Shown here: positions 1 to 1,245 of the stretch, piece after piece
Layout: each line of letters begins with the position of its first letter
Numbering within the stretch: the first letter of the stretch is position 1
Source of the DNA: Naegleria gruberi
Taxonomy: Eukaryota
Assembly (NCBI GenBank): GCA_000004985.1
Contig: GG739481.1
Reading direction: 5' to 3' (one strand)
DNA length: 1,245 nt
Translations under genes and position numbers: made by a program
The notes under the pieces: generated by a model
Told to the model about the DNA's origin: nothing
Seen by the model: only the letters and a program-made list of their open reading frames with translations
Databases searched by the model: none

Positions 1-147
1 CAAGAGGTTGTCAGTAAGCTTATCAGGATAAGAAATAATGCAAATAATACGAGTGGAGCAAGTGATTTATCAATTATTGTGTCACCAAGTTCGCCCAGGT
101 ACGAGAGTACCGTTGTTCTTTTTGGGGATCCTCCAAAACAAGAATAG
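1..147 (+). CDS. Possible 3' end of an upstream + strand gene. Frame 1 is open from the window edge (…QEVVSKLIRIRNNANNTSGASDLSIIVSPSSPRYESTVVLFGDPPKQE*) and the stop TAG is at 145-147.
   Basis: There are 48 stop-free codons in frame 1, whereas frames 2 and 3 hit stops within 30 nt. The composition is mixed and not low-complexity. An AATAAA at 235-240 lies about 90 nt past the stop. The evidence is only ORF length and context, with no recognisable domain. Confidence 0.25.
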   Translation, partial: QEVVSKLIRIRNNANNTSGASDLSIIVSPSSPRYESTVVLFGDPPKQE

Positions 148-234
148 TAGAGAGAAAACTTGAAATCCAAATACCATCTCTAAACATTTCCATTTCTGGA
201 ATTTGGATTTTTTTGAAAGATAGCAATCCAAAAC

Positions 235-240
235 AATAAA
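235..240 (+). promoter_or_regulatory. AATAAA hexamer, a candidate polyA signal for the putative upstream gene ending at 147.
   Basis: The motif aataaa sits in AT-rich intergenic sequence 88 nt after the frame-1 stop codon. Confidence 0.25.
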
Positions 241-267
241 TTTTCCTAATCTTATTGTATGTAAAAA

Positions 268-279
268 TCATATTTAATC
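268..279 (+). promoter_or_regulatory. TATA-like element (catatttaatca) about 50 nt upstream of the ATG at 326. It is a candidate core promoter of the secreted-protein gene.
   Basis: This is an AT-rich TATTTAA motif at a spacing appropriate for a short 5' UTR in a compact eukaryotic genome. It is weak evidence on its own. Confidence 0.2.
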
Positions 280-325
280 AAACGAGATTTACATTCTCCA
301 AAACAAATCAAAACTAAAAAACAAA

Positions 326-385
326 ATGAAACAAATCATTGCCATTCTGTTAGTTCTCTTATTTGCAGCTTGCACAGTGTATTGT
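326..385 (+). other. Predicted N-terminal signal peptide (about 20 aa). Cleavage is probably near CTVYC|S.
   Basis: Lys at position 2, a 12-residue hydrophobic core (IIAILLVLLFAA) and a small-residue/Cys c-region. No further hydrophobic segment follows, so the product is predicted soluble and secreted. Confidence 0.6.
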
Positions 386-682
386 TCAACTGATTCTTAT
401 ATTGCTTCATCTTATGCATATCCATACGCTTATCCATATTCATATGGAGGATATGGAGGATATGGAGGATATGGGGCATATGGAGGAGCAAATTGCTATC
501 CGCCAGTTGCTTCTACTTATGCCTATGCTGTAGCTCCAGTTACCTATGCTGCTCCTGTGGCTGCAACCTATGCAGTCGCTGCACCAGTTGCCACTTATGC
601 AGTTGCTCCAGTTTCATATGCAACTCCAGTAAGTTATGCAGCTCCGTATGCTTACCCATACGCCTATGCCAGACCTTGCTAA
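326..682 (+). CDS. Small secreted Tyr/Ala/Gly/Pro-rich repetitive protein, 118 aa. Complete ORF from ATG at 326 to TAA at 680-682. Likely a structural, matrix or wall-type protein.
   Basis: The ORF is uninterrupted and has an A-rich, Kozak-like context (aaaacaaaATGa). The N-terminus MKQIIAILLVLLFAACTVYC is a textbook signal peptide with a basic n-region, a hydrophobic core and a small/Cys c-region. The mature part is low-complexity with an ordered layout: SYAYPYAYPYSY, then (GYG)x4, then about six APV(A)(A)TYAV-type units, then PYAYPYAYARPC. The parallel frame (493..798) gives a Cys/Ser-rich nonsense string, as expected for a shadow frame. Confidence 0.7.
   Translation: MKQIIAILLVLLFAACTVYCSTDSYIASSYAYPYAYPYSYGGYGGYGGYGAYGGANCYPPVASTYAYAVAPVTYAAPVAATYAVAAPVATYAVAPVSYATPVSYAAPYAYPYAYARPC
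443..487 (+). repeat. In-frame 9-bp tandem repeat, tatggagga x5 with one variant copy (tatggggca), encoding the (Y-G-G) block.
   Basis: The nucleotide sequence reads tatggagga at 443-451, 452-460 and 461-469, tatggggca at 470-478, and tatggagga at 479-487. Confidence 0.9.
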
Positions 683-752
683 ATTCAATTGGAAGTGAAG
701 CTCAAATATTGAAGCTGAATATGGATAAGCCATTGAAGGCCTTAGTTGTGAT

Positions 753-758
753 AATAAA
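753..758 (+). promoter_or_regulatory. AATAAA polyadenylation hexamer for the 326..682 gene, 71 nt downstream of its stop codon and 34 nt upstream of the tRNA.
   Basis: The motif aataaa sits in the 3' flank of the secreted-protein gene. Its position implies a 3' UTR of roughly 90-105 nt ending just before the tRNA gene. Confidence 0.4.
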
Positions 759-791
759 GAAGAGTGTGATTTTGCAAAACCTTAATGTAAA

Positions 792-862
792 GCATTAGTA
801 GTGTAACGGTATCATACCAGCCTTCCAAGCTGGTGACCCGGGTTCGACTCCCGGCTAATGCA
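792..862 (+). tRNA. tRNA-Gly(UCC): tRNA-Gly, anticodon UCC, eukaryotic nuclear type. 71 nt with no encoded CCA.
   Basis: The acceptor stem GCATTAG/CTAATGC is a perfect 7 bp, with discriminator A. The anticodon stem CCAGC/GCTGG carries loop CTTCCAA, so the anticodon is TCC. The variable loop is TGAC. The T arm CCGGG-TTCGACT-CCCGG matches the eukaryotic tRNA-Gly consensus GACCCGGGTTCGAyTCCCGG. An A-box-like element lies at 799-810 and a B box GGTTCGACTCC at 841-851. The overall sequence is very close to known metazoan tRNA-Gly-UCC genes. Confidence 0.9.
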
Positions 863-867
863 ATTAG

Positions 868-878
868 TTTTAAATTTT
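868..878 (+). terminator. RNA polymerase III terminator: two T4 runs at 868-871 and 875-878, immediately 3' of the tRNA.
   Basis: The sequence reads gTTTTaaaTTTTg, beginning 6 nt after the tRNA discriminator base. Runs of four or more T on the coding strand are the canonical Pol III termination signal. Confidence 0.7.
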
Positions 879-904
879 GTCACGAAACACAGCTTCTTAT
901 TCAA

Positions 905-910
905 TTTATT
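905..910 (-). promoter_or_regulatory. AATAAA polyadenylation hexamer overlapping the stop codon of the minus-strand gene (…AGA CAA TAA ATT…).
   Basis: The reverse complement of 905-910 is aataaa, and the stop codon taa sits at hexamer positions 3-5. Confidence 0.45.
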
Positions 911-1245
911 GTCTACTAATTTCATAATAGGGAGTTGTTTGCATCAATTGTACATTCATATCTGATGTTGTATTCTTTCTCTTTCTGTAAACAACAAGTG
1001 CCACAATAATAAAGGCAACAATGGCACAAACTATCACGCCACCACCAACAACTATTGGTAGAACAATGACAAGAATTTGTTCTATGGAGAATAGATTCGA
1101 ATTGTTGTTTGGATCTATTGAACCTGGGAGGGAGGTTACATTTGGAGTAATTGAGAATTTGCAATCCGTGGCAAGGAGATCAGTATTCGAAACCAACAAG
1201 TAGACATTATATGAATAGATATTCGAAATGATTCCATTTCCATGG
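906..1245 (-). CDS. C-terminal portion of a type I single-pass membrane protein. This is a partial CDS: the 5' end lies beyond the right window edge and the stop TAA is the reverse complement of 906-908.
   Basis: The minus-strand frame is open for 113 codons from the window edge (…HGNGIISNIYSYNVYLLVSNTDLLATDCKF…) with no stop. The TTG at 1197-1199 that the ORF track calls a start is internal. The ectodomain tail carries the N-glycosylation sequons NVT and NNS. A 30-aa hydrophobic segment ILVIVLPIVVGGGVIVCAIVAFIIVALVVY (987..1076) is followed directly by the RKRK stop-transfer cluster. The 22-aa cytoplasmic tail ends …TTPYYEISRQ*. Introns further upstream cannot be excluded. Confidence 0.6.
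   Translation of the reverse strand, partial: HGNGIISNIYSYNVYLLVSNTDLLATDCKFSITPNVTSLPGSIDPNNNSNLFSIEQILVIVLPIVVGGGVIVCAIVAFIIVALVVYRKRKNTTSDMNVQLMQTTPYYEISRQ
987..1076 (-). other. Predicted transmembrane helix of the minus-strand gene, flanked on the cytoplasmic side by the basic stop-transfer sequence RKRK (975..986).
   Basis: There are 30 consecutive hydrophobic or small residues including a GGG motif, then an abrupt switch to R-K-R-K-N. This follows the positive-inside rule for N-out/C-in topology. Confidence 0.6.

Noticed and set aside
74-271. ORF-track entry on the - strand, 65 aa (MIFTYNKIRKIYCFGLLSFKKIQIPEMEMF…)
   Set aside because: It lies mostly in AT-rich intergenic sequence and has a Lys/Ile/Phe-rich composition typical of random AT-rich translation. 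It overlaps the more plausible + frame-1 fragment at 1..147 and has no supporting signals.
696-716. Short direct repeat gaagct…gaagct in the gene-tRNA spacer
   Set aside because: Only 6 bp recur once. This is within chance expectation, and there is no hairpin, target-site duplication or SINE-like structure around the tRNA.
493-798. ORF-track entry on the + strand, 101 aa, Cys/Ser/Leu-rich (MLSASCFYLCLCCSSSYLCCSCGCNLCSRC…)
   Set aside because: This is the +2-frame shadow of the Tyr/Ala repeat gene at 326..682. Its oddly Cys- and Ser-rich composition is what you get from reading tat/gct/cca repeats out of frame. It has no independent start context and it runs into the tRNA gene.
922-1164. ORF-track entry on the - strand, 80 aa, Cys/Asn-rich (MQILNYSKCNLPPRFNRSKQQ…CHCSTNSCWWWRDSLCHCCLYY…)
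   Set aside because: This is an alternative frame on the same strand as the 906..1245 gene. It lacks the TM helix, the basic stop-transfer logic and the open reading continuity to the window edge that the chosen frame shows. The WWW/CC runs are the out-of-frame reading of the hydrophobic TM codons.
1197-1199. TTG at 1197-1199 reported as the start codon of the 906..1199 minus-strand ORF
   Set aside because: This is an artefact of a bacterial-style start-codon set. The context is eukaryotic, and the same frame continues without a stop through 1244 to the window edge, so TTG is an internal Leu codon of a longer gene.
1021-1203. ORF-track entry on the + strand, 60 aa (MAQTITPPPTTIGRTMTRICSMENRFELLFGSIEPGREVTFGVIENLQSVARRSVFETNK)
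   Set aside because: It is antisense to the much longer open frame of 113 codons to the window edge that encodes a coherent TM, stop-transfer and tail architecture. It is short, has no recognisable features, and begins inside the antisense of the TM helix. I judge it a shadow ORF, though a small antisense gene cannot be formally excluded without expression data.
1-1245. Interpretation of the window as a prokaryotic or phage accessory region, such as a defence system
   Set aside because: The tRNA has a eukaryotic-type T arm and acceptor, no encoded CCA and an oligo-T Pol III terminator. The genes carry AATAAA hexamers at sensible 3' positions. The proteins are a eukaryotic-style secreted signal-peptide protein and a type I glycosylated membrane protein. 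I see no Shine-Dalgarno motifs or operon logic.
16-1245. Restriction sites near the window ends and interior: HindIII aagctt at 16-21, BamHI ggatcc at 127-132, NcoI ccatgg at 1240-1245
   Set aside because: Six-cutter sites occur by chance at about this density. None coincides with a feature boundary or suggests a cloning junction or vector sequence.

Overview
This window looks like a compact, moderately AT-rich eukaryotic nuclear locus rather than a prokaryotic defence or accessory island. I see three to four tightly packed genes. (1) Bases 1..147 are a possible 3' end of an upstream + strand gene, open in frame 1 from the window edge, with AATAAA at 235..240. (2) 326..682 (+) is an intact gene for a 118-aa secreted protein. 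It has a classic signal peptide, and its mature part is about 23% Tyr and 25% Ala, built from AYPYAYPY end caps, a GYG block and APVATYAV-type repeats. This looks like a cross-linkable structural or matrix protein. (3) 792..862 (+) is a eukaryotic nuclear-type tRNA-Gly(UCC) with a perfect 7-bp acceptor stem, CTTCCAA anticodon loop, GGTTCGACTCC B box and no encoded CCA. Two T4 runs that fit RNA polymerase III (Pol III) terminators follow immediately. (4) 906..1245 (-) is a convergent gene fragment, open to the window edge. It encodes the C-terminal part of a type I membrane protein: an ectodomain with N-glycosylation sequons, a 30-aa hydrophobic segment, an RKRK stop-transfer and a short cytoplasmic tail ending in a YYEI motif. 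Its AATAAA overlaps its own stop codon. The ORF-track entries 493..798, 922..1164, 1021..1203 and 74..271 are frame-shadow artefacts. The TTG 'start' at 1199 is an artefact of the bacterial start-codon set. I see no CRISPR, mobile element or prokaryotic system here. The most interesting aspects are the Tyr-rich secreted repeat protein and the very tight packing of Pol II genes around a Pol III gene. I cannot assign an organism from sequence alone.
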